Source: Chitinophagales bacterium
Lineage (GTDB): Bacteria; Bacteroidota; Bacteroidia; Chitinophagales; Chitinophagaceae
Assembly: GCA_015655015.1 (NCBI GenBank)
Contig: JAATFV010000248.1
Span: forward strand, 17,012-81,011
DNA: 64,000 bases
Reading direction: 5' to 3'
Positions 29,288 through 39,685 of the stretch are shown here, in pieces. Each line of letters begins with the position of its first letter. The first letter of the stretch is position 1. The notes beneath the pieces are model-generated. The model worked only from the letters and a program-made list of their open reading frames with translations, had not been told where the DNA came from and did not search any database. A program made the translations under genes and the position numbers.

Positions 29288-29722
29288 TTACAAACTCGTA
29301 ATATCAGGAATTTTGACAATACTTTGCCTGGAAATATCCTCCAAAGCCTGCTTTAAATAAAGCTTCGTTTGTTCGCTTGATAAATGCAGCATGTTGCTGA
29401 TTTCCTGTTCCGAAAGTCCGCGATAAAAGCACAAACAAAATACTTCTTTATGTATTTCCGATAAAGCTTTTGACAAGGGAAAGAAAGCTTTTTTTTCTGT
29501 CCAGCACTTTCCCCTGAATACCTTCCCATTGATGGACTTCAAGGCTATATTCCGCGCCAGATTGAGCATCACTGTAAATTCATTTAAAAAATCCGTGTTA
29601 TTGACGCTGCACTCCGTAATGATCGCGTCGTAATGCTCAGCCAGTATGGCGGTAGTTAGTATATCATCTTCGGTAAATACAGAGATAAATCTATATAAGA
29701 TATTATAGCTATTCTGATTCAT
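29288..29722 (-). CDS. Small protein with sigma-70 region-4-like HTH (degenerate ECF sigma?)
   Basis: KEVFCLCFYRGLSEQEISNMLHLSSEQTKLYLKQA; overlaps the recombinase stop by 14 nt. Confidence 0.55.
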   Translation of the reverse strand: MNQNSYNILYRFISVFTEDDILTTAILAEHYDAIITECSVNNTDFLNEFTVMLNLARNIALKSINGKVFRGKCWTEKKAFFPLSKALSEIHKEVFCLCFYRGLSEQEISNMLHLSSEQTKLYLKQALEDISRQSIVKIPDITSL

Positions 29723-30371
29723 AACCTAATTTTTTTATACGATCCAGAAGATTGTGTATGGTAGAGGGATGCCAGCGACATCCGACCCGGAAAGGAGCTA
29801 TCCTCCTTTTATTCAACTCTTTGGCAAGTTTGCGTTCACTGTTAAACCCCACTGCTTTTAAGCTCTCGATAACCGGGAGCATCTTTCTGGCGAACTCGTC
29901 CGCCCTCCGTTTGTTTTTTTTGGCCAGTGTCTTCCCGTTTTTACCAAGTTTCACGCCGCGCCTTTTGGCCGCTTGCAACGCTTCACATGTTCGCTTGCTT
30001 ATGGCGATACGTTCTTTCTCAGCAAAAGCGGCAAGAATATGCAAAAGAAAAGGCTCGGCATAGGGATTGTCTACAGCGACAAACTGCACCTTGCTTTCCA
30101 TCAGGGCCGCAATGAAAGCCACGTTGCGCCCCAAACGGTCCAGCTTGGCGATAATCAAAAGCGCACCATGCCGATTGCAATAAGCCAGCGCCTTTTTAAG
30201 AATAGGCCTATTGTTCTTTTTGCCCGTCTCCACCTCGACGTATTCCCTTTCAATCGTTGTTTCATTATAACGTACAAAAAAGTGTACAGATTCCTGTTGT
30301 GCTTCCAACCCCAGACCACTTACACCTTGCCGGGGAGTGGAGACACGATAATACGCGACAGCCTTTTTCAT
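29709..30371 (-). CDS. Small serine recombinase with C-terminal DNA-binding region
   Basis: AYYRVSTPRQGVSGLGLEAQ, AKLDRLGR, ISKRTCEALQAAKRRGVKLG. Confidence 0.92.
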   Translation of the reverse strand: MKKAVAYYRVSTPRQGVSGLGLEAQQESVHFFVRYNETTIEREYVEVETGKKNNRPILKKALAYCNRHGALLIIAKLDRLGRNVAFIAALMESKVQFVAVDNPYAEPFLLHILAAFAEKERIAISKRTCEALQAAKRRGVKLGKNGKTLAKKNKRRADEFARKMLPVIESLKAVGFNSERKLAKELNKRRIAPFRVGCRWHPSTIHNLLDRIKKLGYESE

Positions 30372-30632
30372 TAGTTTTTGGTCATAGAATAGCTGCTCGT
30401 CAGTGAACCAAGAATTATTTTTGAGCAATAAATCTGACCTGGTAGCAATTCCCTGAAACTAAAGGCCCGGTAATCCTGACTTTCAAGGGAAAAAATCCAT
30501 TTTTAAGGCTCTATAGCGCTCGTTGGCTAACGTTGATTTATATATGAGCAAATAAATTTAGCTCCATCCCTACATCGATGGGAAAAGTGGTAACTTTAAA
30601 CTAAAGCAGTCTAAAATTTAAATCATTTTATC

Positions 30633-31193
30633 ATGTTACAAAAAGGCACGCCGGCGCCGGACTTCGAATTATTCTGTACCCCGGACCAAAAGATCAGGTT
30701 AAACGATTTCGAAGGCAAACGACTGATCCTCGCCTTCTACCCGGCGGACTGGAGTCCCGTTTGCAGCGACCAGATGGCCCTGTACAATGAAATGTTGAAA
30801 TATTTTCACAAATACAATGCGGCAGTGGTGGGTATATCCGTTGACAGCAAGTGGTGTCATATGGCTTTCGCACAGGACCGTAAACTACATTTCCCCCTCC
30901 TGGCGGATTTTGAGCCTAAAGGTGCGGTAGCAAAGCTGTATGGGGTATATGATGAAAAAGAAGGAGAATGCCAAAGGGCCCTTTTCGTCATCGATGAGAA
31001 CAAGAACATCCGCTGGAGCTATCTATCCCCCGTCGGTATCAATCCGGGCGCCGATGGAATTATAGACGCCCTGGAAGATCTGACCAGCTCCGAAAATCCC
31101 TCGGGCTCCGCTAACCCGGAAGTCTCCGATTATCCGGCAGTCTCCACTAATCCGGCCGGCTCCGAAAATGTGACCAACTCAAAAAAATCGTAG
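30633..31193 (+). CDS. Peroxiredoxin (AhpC/TSA family)
   Basis: FYPADWSPVC peroxidatic motif; C-terminal tail of 6-aa repeats. Confidence 0.9.
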   Translation: MLQKGTPAPDFELFCTPDQKIRLNDFEGKRLILAFYPADWSPVCSDQMALYNEMLKYFHKYNAAVVGISVDSKWCHMAFAQDRKLHFPLLADFEPKGAVAKLYGVYDEKEGECQRALFVIDENKNIRWSYLSPVGINPGADGIIDALEDLTSSENPSGSANPEVSDYPAVSTNPAGSENVTNSKKS

Positions 31194-31195
31194 AC

Positions 31196-31729
31196 ATGTC
31201 CCAAAAATTACGCCCTCCCGTTAGTGAAAAAGATCATATCCAGGGCTCCGTCCACGCGGCTGTCGAGCTAGTGGAATATGGAGATTATCAGTGCCCGCAC
31301 TGCGGCCGTGCTTACCCGATCATTAAAAGGGTCCAGTCGGCACTGGGACACTCCCTGAAATTCGTATTCCGGAATTTTCCCCTGAGCGAAGCGCATCCGC
31401 AGGCTTTCATAGCAGCCGTGGCGGCTGAAGCAGCCGGGAAGCAAAACGCTTTCTGGGAAATGCATGATCTGATTTTTGAAAACCAGGAATCCCTCGAACG
31501 CCTTCCTTTTGGCGATTTTGCAAAGACGCTGGGATTGGATCCGGTGAAATTCGAAGAAGACTTAGCCGATCCCGCAATTGCCGCGAAAGTAGAAGCCGAT
31601 TTCGACAGTGGCATTCGGAGTGGCGTGAACGGAACGCCGTCTTTTTTTATTAACGGTATCCGCTATGATGATAGCTGGGAAGAAAAAAGGTTGCTGGAGA
31701 AACTGAAGAAGAGCCTGGTAAAAAGCTGA
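31196..31729 (+). CDS. DsbA-family thioredoxin-fold protein
   Basis: EYGDYQCPHC, GVNGTPSFFING; starts 2 nt after the Prx stop. Confidence 0.92.
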   Translation: MSQKLRPPVSEKDHIQGSVHAAVELVEYGDYQCPHCGRAYPIIKRVQSALGHSLKFVFRNFPLSEAHPQAFIAAVAAEAAGKQNAFWEMHDLIFENQESLERLPFGDFAKTLGLDPVKFEEDLADPAIAAKVEADFDSGIRSGVNGTPSFFINGIRYDDSWEEKRLLEKLKKSLVKS

Positions 31730-31773
31730 CCGCTTGCCGCCTGATCCGACTGCCGCCATCACCCCGGTAGGAG

Positions 31774-32094
31774 TTACGCCTTATTCTTCTGTTCGGCCTT
31801 CCAGATCGCCAGGTCGATCCCGGACAAGCCGGAAGGATGTGCGGCTACCTCGCCACCTTCTTTCTTCTTAGGTTCGGCCGGTTTGGCAGCCACTGCCTTT
31901 TCTTTGGGAGCAATGGAATTCCCATCTTTCAGCTCTTCAGCAAAACCTTCCTTTGCCGGCCGGTTGTTCTCCCAGAAATTGGATAGAAAGTTCAGAGCCT
32001 GCTGAGGTGTTTCAATTTTCTCTTCCTCCTTCAATGTTTCCAGCAGCTTCAAATCGAACCTTACCGGAACAGGTTTATTTTTTTCTTTTGCCAT
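31774..32094 (-). CDS. Hypothetical protein (possible RHH-like N-terminus)
   Basis: 106-aa charged ORF, KPVPVRFDLKLLE. Confidence 0.6.
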   Translation of the reverse strand: MAKEKNKPVPVRFDLKLLETLKEEEKIETPQQALNFLSNFWENNRPAKEGFAEELKDGNSIAPKEKAVAAKPAEPKKKEGGEVAAHPSGLSGIDLAIWKAEQKNKA

Positions 32095-32323
32095 GTAGCG
32101 ACAAATGTATGAAAAATTACCGCCACTACACCCGTTCTATCTGGCGACTCTGTTACCGTCCACCCAATAGGTCAGCAGGATATAGATCCATTGGATCTGC
32201 CCGGCCCAGCCGAGAGCCTTTACGGAATCGGGAGCTGGTGAGAACAAGCCGGCCAGGTGTCCCGCAACCAGTAAAATGACCAACAGCCACAGTCCCCACT
32301 TCCCGGCAATGGCTCCCCTGTTC

Positions 32324-33625
32324 TCACTTCGGACCAGCTTTGCTAAACCATTTTGAGATGTCGGCCCTTATGCCCAGGTACGCATTTATACTCGGCGTAT
32401 AGGAAGGTAATATCCCTCTTATTTCTCCGCCGATCGTGATATTCAGACCGGAGAACTGTTCAGTTACCCTGGCTCTGAAAAGGTAGAACGCCTTGGTTAT
32501 ATCATAGGTAAATTTTTGAAAGGATGTGCGGTCAGGCCCCGGTTGATACGTTGTATAGGTATAAGTGGTTACTCCCAGATTGGGATCGAAGTAAAGCTTG
32601 AACTTATCCTTGGCATTTAGGAACATTGGAAAGCCAATGCTGAAGAAGCCATTGGTCTGTACATTAACGATCTTTTGAAGCAGGAATCCATTTCCGGACT
32701 GGAAAACCGGCGAAGCACCTAATGGCTGACTGGTGGTATCCGTAAAGTTGAGCGTATCGGTCTTAAATTCAGTTCTGGTGGAAGTTCTTAGCGCTTCCAG
32801 CCTTACAGATAAATAAATATTAAAAAAATCGCTTTTTTGCCTGTTTAGCCTGTAGGTTGGGTTGACATAGTAACTCCATTGGTTGGTGGAAAGAATAAGA
32901 TGATCCACAAATGTCCGGCGAATGTATTTTGTTGTTCCGCTAATATAAGTTCCTGTATCGATCCTGATATTTTCGGTACGGACATGTTGGTTGGAAGAGT
33001 CAAAGGAGAAATTTTGAAAATTAGATACCCCAAAAAAACCGCCTAATCTACCCCTTGAACCAGTAATGTCATTTGCAGTAACAATAAACTCGCCACCGAT
33101 ATTCTGAAATTTAAGGCCATCAAAAAAATCAAGATTTCCTCCTGTATAAACTTCAAAGGAAAGATTCCGGATAATCTCTTTTTCTTTCTCCGTATAATGC
33201 GGGTCATCCGTGCCGCCGTTACTCTGACCAGCTATTATAACAATATACTCTGTCTCGATACTCTTATCGCTGTCATTTTTATAAGTGAATTTTAAATGGA
33301 ACTCTTTTTCATTTCTTTCCGACAAATCATCTTTTTTTATAACTACATCGAGTTTGCCGGAATATTTATTATCCTTTGTTAGCTTGACGGGATCCGTAGA
33401 TAAAGAAAAATCTTTATCTTTTGTGGCATATTTCTGGGCATCCACGATCTCAATCGTTACATCACAATCTTTAGTAGCCTTATCCAGTTTAAAGGGTATT
33501 TGAATAGTCTTATCCTGTTTTTCTTTATTTGTATAGTAGGGGGAAGGGGTATCAAATTTCAAATCCTGGCCATAAACCGTTCCCACAAATAACAGCATTC
33601 CTGCAATAGGTGCGATTTTTCTCAT
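32324..33625 (-). CDS. Secreted protein with Calx-beta-like N-terminal domain and beta-rich C-terminus
   Basis: Signal peptide from MRKIAP; ATKDKDF...VVIKKDDLSE..EKEFHLKF. The listed 33892 start runs through tRNA-Leu. Confidence 0.7.
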   Translation of the reverse strand: MRKIAPIAGMLLFVGTVYGQDLKFDTPSPYYTNKEKQDKTIQIPFKLDKATKDCDVTIEIVDAQKYATKDKDFSLSTDPVKLTKDNKYSGKLDVVIKKDDLSERNEKEFHLKFTYKNDSDKSIETEYIVIIAGQSNGGTDDPHYTEKEKEIIRNLSFEVYTGGNLDFFDGLKFQNIGGEFIVTANDITGSRGRLGGFFGVSNFQNFSFDSSNQHVRTENIRIDTGTYISGTTKYIRRTFVDHLILSTNQWSYYVNPTYRLNRQKSDFFNIYLSVRLEALRTSTRTEFKTDTLNFTDTTSQPLGASPVFQSGNGFLLQKIVNVQTNGFFSIGFPMFLNAKDKFKLYFDPNLGVTTYTYTTYQPGPDRTSFQKFTYDITKAFYLFRARVTEQFSGLNITIGGEIRGILPSYTPSINAYLGIRADISKWFSKAGPK

Positions 33626-33727
33626 TTGGTTAGTTTTGCCCGCAAAATAATGCAAGGAGCAAAACCAAAATAGGGTGATTTTCCCGTTTATTTTCCGCTT
33701 TTTCACGGTGCTATCGCCTAAAACAAC

Positions 33728-33750
33728 AAAACCCGCTCTTCGAGCGGGTC
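33728..33750 (-). terminator. Terminator after the tRNA-Gly/tRNA-Leu pair
   Basis: ACCCGCTC-TTC-GAGCGGGT with a T-run on the minus strand. Confidence 0.75.
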
Positions 33751-33758
33751 TGAAGATG

Positions 33759-33844
33759 TACCCGGGACGGGAGTTGAACCCGTACTTCCGTTGCGGGAAA
33801 CTGGATTTTAAGTCCAGCGCGTCTACCAATTCCGCCACCCAGGT
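33759..33844 (-). tRNA. tRNA-Leu (TAA)
   Basis: ACCTGGGTGGCGGAATTGGTAGACGC; CTGGA-CTTAAAA-TCCAG anticodon arm; long variable arm; GTTCAAC. Confidence 0.96.
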
Positions 33845-33914
33845 AGGAGTTCCTGAAAACTCTAAACTAAAAATTCCACCTGCTGAAGTCATTAGACTTG
33901 CGGATGGAATTTTG

Positions 33915-33987
33915 AGCGGAAGACGAGGCTCGAACCCGCGACCTCAACCTTGGCAAGGTTGCGCTCTACCAACTGAGCTACTTCCGC
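33915..33987 (-). tRNA. tRNA-Gly (GCC)
   Basis: GCGGAAGTAGCTCAGTTGGTAGAGC; CAACC-TTGCCAA-GGTTG; GTTCGAG. Confidence 0.97.
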
Positions 33988-34080
33988 ATTATAAAAATAT
34001 CTAAAGAACTAATAATACTCCTCCGATTCGTTGCCCCTGCTCTCTTCCTCTCTCGTTCTTCCTTTATTACTAAGGGGCTG

Positions 34081-34088
34081 CAAATGTA
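34081..34088 (-). promoter_or_regulatory. -7 promoter element for the tRNA pair
   Basis: TACATTTG on the minus strand matches TAnnTTTG. Confidence 0.6.
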
Positions 34089-34126
34089 AGGAATGTATAA
34101 TTCCCGAAAAAATTTTTTGTTCTTTT

Positions 34127-34342
34127 TTACTTGTACTGTGGTGTGTACAAAGTATTAGACGGAACATTCACCTCGGGCTTGCCCTTATAGCGATGAGTAT
34201 ACAGTCCATAACAGCCGCCTACGATAAGGGCTACCATGCAGAATACTTGCAAATAGAATAAGAAAACTGAAGAGTTTACCCAGCTATAGGCAATGTCTTT
34301 CAATTTGGGGTCTTTTATCTCGTCGTCTTGATGTTGATCCAT
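34127..34342 (-). CDS. Small single-TM membrane protein
   Basis: 71 aa, one hydrophobic segment, ATG start, co-oriented with the GT2 gene. Confidence 0.7.
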   Translation of the reverse strand: MDQHQDDEIKDPKLKDIAYSWVNSSVFLFYLQVFCMVALIVGGCYGLYTHRYKGKPEVNVPSNTLYTPQYK

Positions 34343-34386
34343 AACTATTTAATTGCTAGGCAAAAATAATGGTTTGCTTGAAAAAA

Positions 34387-35409
34387 TCAGCTTTTGTCCT
34401 TCATTATTTCAGTAAAAGTTTTTCTCCCCGCCACAAAATACTGCCAGACAATGCTATGATTATACCACCCCGTCAGGGTTCCCTGCCTTTTTTGGGGAAA
34501 TACGCTTTCTTTCCGTTTGAATAACAACCACTTAATAAAAGCCAAATGTGCCTCCAGGATAGCCACAAAATAGATCCCTTCCCCGGCAAACAGGGATTTC
34601 CAGGCGGAAACGGAGTCCAGGAAGAAGCGTAAGGGGATCTTCCAGGCCAATTGCCCCGGGGGCAAGTTCTTGGCCATCATAATGAGATTATTACGAAAGT
34701 TCAGGAACACCTTCCTTTCATTCCCTTTTGGCAGCGTACCGCCTCCCAGATGGTACACCACGGAGGCAGGACAGGAATAGATCTTAGACCCGGCCAGCTG
34801 GGCCCTCCAGCAAAAATCGATCTCCTCCTGGTGGGCAAAAAAGTAATTGTCCAGCCCCCCCAGTTCATGGTAAAGACCGGCCCGAACGAACATCGCGGCG
34901 CCACTGGCCCAGAATATGGGCTCGACAGCATCATATTGTCCCTCGTCCTTCTCACATACATCAAAGATCCTCCCTTTGGCAAAAGGATACCCGAAGTGAT
35001 CCAGCCAGCCCCCGGCAGCCCCGGCATACTCAAAAAACTCTTTATTCTCATACATACGGAGCTTAGGCTGGCAGACGCCGATGGAAGGATCTTTCTCCAT
35101 CAGGGCCAATATCGGCTCTATCCACCCGGGCTCTACTTCCACATCGGAATTCAGCAGTACATAATAATCGCTCTTCACCTGTTTTAACGCCTTATTATAC
35201 CCCCCGGCAAATCCATAGTTCCGGTCCAGGGTGATTATCCGGACTTTAGAGTGGGTTTCCTGCAGAAAACTTACCGACTCATCCGTCGAGGCGTTATCAG
35301 CGACAATTACCTCTTTACCAGGATAGGTGCTGGCTATTACAGAAGGGAGAAATTTTTCCAGGTACTTACGTCCGTTCCAGTTGAGAATAACAATGGCTAT
35401 TGTTGGCAC
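34387..35409 (-). CDS. Family 2 glycosyltransferase
   Basis: IVILNWNG, DNASTD, NYGFAGGYN, LLNSD, EEIDFCWR. Confidence 0.94.
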   Translation of the reverse strand: MPTIAIVILNWNGRKYLEKFLPSVIASTYPGKEVIVADNASTDESVSFLQETHSKVRIITLDRNYGFAGGYNKALKQVKSDYYVLLNSDVEVEPGWIEPILALMEKDPSIGVCQPKLRMYENKEFFEYAGAAGGWLDHFGYPFAKGRIFDVCEKDEGQYDAVEPIFWASGAAMFVRAGLYHELGGLDNYFFAHQEEIDFCWRAQLAGSKIYSCPASVVYHLGGGTLPKGNERKVFLNFRNNLIMMAKNLPPGQLAWKIPLRFFLDSVSAWKSLFAGEGIYFVAILEAHLAFIKWLLFKRKESVFPQKRQGTLTGWYNHSIVWQYFVAGRKTFTEIMKDKS

Positions 35410-35514
35410 TACGCTATTGGTTAATAAATTTGGTCAATAGATTGGGTAAATATATATAAAGCCCAAAAATAAGGGAATAGGGGTTTAGTGGAGCGGTTTT
35501 TATAAATTCGGTCT

Positions 35515-36666
35515 ATGATTCGATCAATGCTTAACTGGAGGTCTTTATTAGCCCTTATTGCCATTGTCATTGTGAGTGGCACTATTATCTACTCACAGTA
35601 CCTGGCTAAAAAGATCGCGGTGGAAGAACGGCAAAAAGTGGCCCTATGGGTGGACGCCAGCAAGGCTATCCTCAAAAATCCCGGCATGGACCTCACCCTG
35701 CCCAACCTCATCCGCAACGGACAGCAATCCATTCCTATCATAGAGACCAATGAAGCAGACAGCATTACCAACTATGTTAACCTGGATTCTACCCTGGCAT
35801 CCTCGGACAAAAACTATCTCTATCATACCCTTAAAAAATTCCGCTCCGAAAATTCCCCCCTGGAAATCACCCTTAGTGACACACCTTATATTGCCAACCG
35901 TTATTATTACGGGCACACCACGCTATTGGACCAGGTGAGGTATTATCCCCTGGTGCAGCTGTGTATCGTAGCTCTCTTCATCTTTTTCACGCTCTATTCC
36001 ATTACGATCCGCAATAAGGCTACCCAAAACCAGCTCTGGGCAGGCATGGCCAAAGAGACGGCCCACCAGCTGGGCACCCCCGTGTCTTCCCTGGAAGGCT
36101 GGGTGGAAATGTTGAAAGAAAGCAATACCGATCCCCGCACCGTGCAGGAAATTCAAAAAGATGTGGACAGGCTGAAGCTGGTGTCCGATCGCTTTGGCAA
36201 GATCGGAAGCAAGCCTCAGCTGGAAGAAAAAGACCTGATCGGGCAGATCCGCAACATGGTGGAGTATATAAAGAAAAGGGCTACCGGGAAAGTTCAGTTC
36301 ACCCTGCAGGTCCCCCCCGGCCGGGAGCAGCTCTTTACCCGTATTTCCGGCCCTCTTTTCGACTGGGTGATCGAAAATCTGCTAAAAAATGCCCTGGACG
36401 CCATAGAAGGAAAAGGCAGCATCACCGTAACCATACAGGAATCGGAGAAAGAGATCCTGGTCGATATCACAGACACCGGCAAAGGAATTGCCGCCAAGAA
36501 CCTACAAAAAGTCTTCAAACCCGGCTTCACCACCAAGAAAAGAGGCTGGGGCCTGGGACTGAGCCTTTCCAAACGAGTCATCGAACAATACCATAAAGGA
36601 GAGCTTTTCGTCCGCCAGTCCGAACCGGGTAAAGGCACTACTTTCAGAATTGTTTTAAGAAAATAG
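35515..36666 (+). CDS. Two-TM sensor histidine kinase
   Basis: WAGMAKETAHQLGTP, NLLKNA, DTGKGI, FTTKKRGWGLGL. Confidence 0.94.
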   Translation: MIRSMLNWRSLLALIAIVIVSGTIIYSQYLAKKIAVEERQKVALWVDASKAILKNPGMDLTLPNLIRNGQQSIPIIETNEADSITNYVNLDSTLASSDKNYLYHTLKKFRSENSPLEITLSDTPYIANRYYYGHTTLLDQVRYYPLVQLCIVALFIFFTLYSITIRNKATQNQLWAGMAKETAHQLGTPVSSLEGWVEMLKESNTDPRTVQEIQKDVDRLKLVSDRFGKIGSKPQLEEKDLIGQIRNMVEYIKKRATGKVQFTLQVPPGREQLFTRISGPLFDWVIENLLKNALDAIEGKGSITVTIQESEKEILVDITDTGKGIAAKNLQKVFKPGFTTKKRGWGLGLSLSKRVIEQYHKGELFVRQSEPGKGTTFRIVLRK

Positions 36667-36737
36667 ACTTACCGGCTGAAAATCTGGCTGAAAATCCTAT
36701 TTTTGCACTCCTTTCAAATTTTGACACTGTTAACGAT

Positions 36738-36821
36738 GCGTGGGTGGCGAAATTGGTAGACGCACTACTTTGAGGTGGTAGCGCTCGAAAGGGCGTGTGA
36801 GTTCGAATCTCATCCCGCGCA
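36738..36821 (+). tRNA. tRNA-Leu (GAG)
   Basis: GCGTGGGTGGCGAAATTGGTAGACGC; CTACT-TTGAGGT-GGTAG; GTTCGAAT. Confidence 0.96.
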
Positions 36822-37024
36822 CAAAAGCCTTGTATATCAAATGATTACAAGGCTTTTTTTATTCATGCCCGCCCGCTTTTTACAGTTCCCATCACTTTAG
36901 GAGGTTAGTTTATGAAAATATATTTTTACGGTGATAATTGCCGCAAAATTTGATTTATATAAACCTGAACTTGGGCAAGTAGAACCGACTTATTTAAATA
37001 TTATTACTACAACTTTCCTAAACT

Positions 37025-38110
37025 ATGCTCTTCAAAAGTTTTGACTTCAAAAGTTCAACAGTTCGCCGAGCTCTGCAATTGAGTAAGGTTGCTCCACTTG
37101 AAGGACGGCAGGATTACTATAACTCCTATACATACGCATTATTTAAGATTATGGAGGCTGGCAAATCTACGAGCTATCCCTATAATTGTAATGCTAGAGC
37201 AATCCTCTTCCTAATGAGGCACTCGCTCGAGCTTTGCTTGAAAAACAACCTGCATATTAACCAAACCAGCATTCCTACTTATCACAGCTTCAATGAAATA
37301 GCAAAAGGGTTTGGCGGAATGCGAGATCTTCCATCTTCCATTCAGGACCTTATTGTCATTATTGACAAAGACGAAGATGGAAGTTGCTATCGATATTCAA
37401 CCGATCTGAATACTAACACACTATATTTTCCAGGAAAGGTAGTCATCGAAACGGCCGACTATTTCCGGATTCACCAGGACCTGGTTACAGCCGGCAAGTT
37501 TCATGTCAGCAGCATTTCTCCAGCCTTACCCTTTACCAAAGCGATTACTCAGTGGGATTTATCCTTTCACATGTCCGAATCAACGAACCTATGGCATGTA
37601 CGGACTCATTACAATGGTATAGCCGAAATACTAATTCAGGAGAGTATTAGAGGTGACATCGAACTAGGTAAAGTCTACCTACCGCTACTTTTTTTGATTA
37701 GGCACTCACTCGAACTAGCCTTAAAAGCAAATATGCTTGATGTGCAAAAAATATTTCCTGGCTTTGCTTCAAATTTCAAACTGAAGGAACATTCTCTGAT
37801 AACTTTATATAATTGTTACGATGGTTTTCTAGCAGAGTTAGATCTATCAGCCATGGACAAAAATCTGCAAGATCAATTGCTGGATTTTCGTAAAAAATAT
37901 ACTTCTTTTAACTTGCAAATCCACGACCTCGACTATAATTCTGAGCATCTCCGTTTTCCGACCGGTAAGAACGGCAAACCACATGTCATACGCCTAGATA
38001 GAATTTTTCTCCACAAGGTTTTAGAACTTTACTATTTTACGGATACATTTTTGACATTCACCAATGATGTACTGCAAGATGTAGGAGTTATTACTAATCC
38101 TCCTCACTAA
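37025..38110 (+). CDS. Protein with two tandem HEPN-like domains
   Basis: Internal duplication: LFLMRHSLELCLK...HSF...YRYS and LFLIRHSLELALK...HSL...LRFP. Confidence 0.65.
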   Translation: MLFKSFDFKSSTVRRALQLSKVAPLEGRQDYYNSYTYALFKIMEAGKSTSYPYNCNARAILFLMRHSLELCLKNNLHINQTSIPTYHSFNEIAKGFGGMRDLPSSIQDLIVIIDKDEDGSCYRYSTDLNTNTLYFPGKVVIETADYFRIHQDLVTAGKFHVSSISPALPFTKAITQWDLSFHMSESTNLWHVRTHYNGIAEILIQESIRGDIELGKVYLPLLFLIRHSLELALKANMLDVQKIFPGFASNFKLKEHSLITLYNCYDGFLAELDLSAMDKNLQDQLLDFRKKYTSFNLQIHDLDYNSEHLRFPTGKNGKPHVIRLDRIFLHKVLELYYFTDTFLTFTNDVLQDVGVITNPPH

Positions 38111-38210
38111 CGGCAGGATATCTCACTAATGTAGCCTGAAGGCAAATGTTCAATACAGAAATTTCCCGTATAATAGTCCTACTTCAAATTCATATAGGTG
38201 AACGCTTTAA

Positions 38211-39359
<1,149 letters not shown>

Positions 39360-39470
39360 TTAAACTCCGATAAAATTATAATATTTTCGGTTTACAAACC
39401 AATAATATCATACTTATTCCGGAACTGGAAGACTATTTTTCTACTGCAAGAAGAAAAAATTTACCTTTGA

Positions 39471-39512
39471 AGTGGCAAAACAGTGACCGAAACAGTGACC
39501 AATTTAGTAACC
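39471..39512. repeat. Phased AGTGACC direct repeats near the right att copy
   Basis: AGTGACC at 39482 and 39494, AGTAACC at 39506 (12-bp period). Confidence 0.6.
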
Positions 39513-39685
39513 ACATTAAAAACAAACTACAATCATAACTAAATAGTATTCAATGCAAAGGGACGCCGTTCCTGTGTCGAAAGAAATTCGAATCTCATCC
39601 CGCGCACAAAAAGGCCTTGTAATAATTGATTTTACAAGGCCTTTTCATTTACTGCTCCCCCGTTTAAGGCATATCCTGTTCAACC

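Noticed and set aside
29288-33758. A single island from the small recombinase to tRNA-Leu(TAA)
   Set aside because: No duplicated tRNA 3' end seen, and the intervening Prx/DsbA genes look host-like.
33626-34004. ORF extension to 33892 and ORF 33675..34004
   Set aside because: Both overlap tRNA genes.
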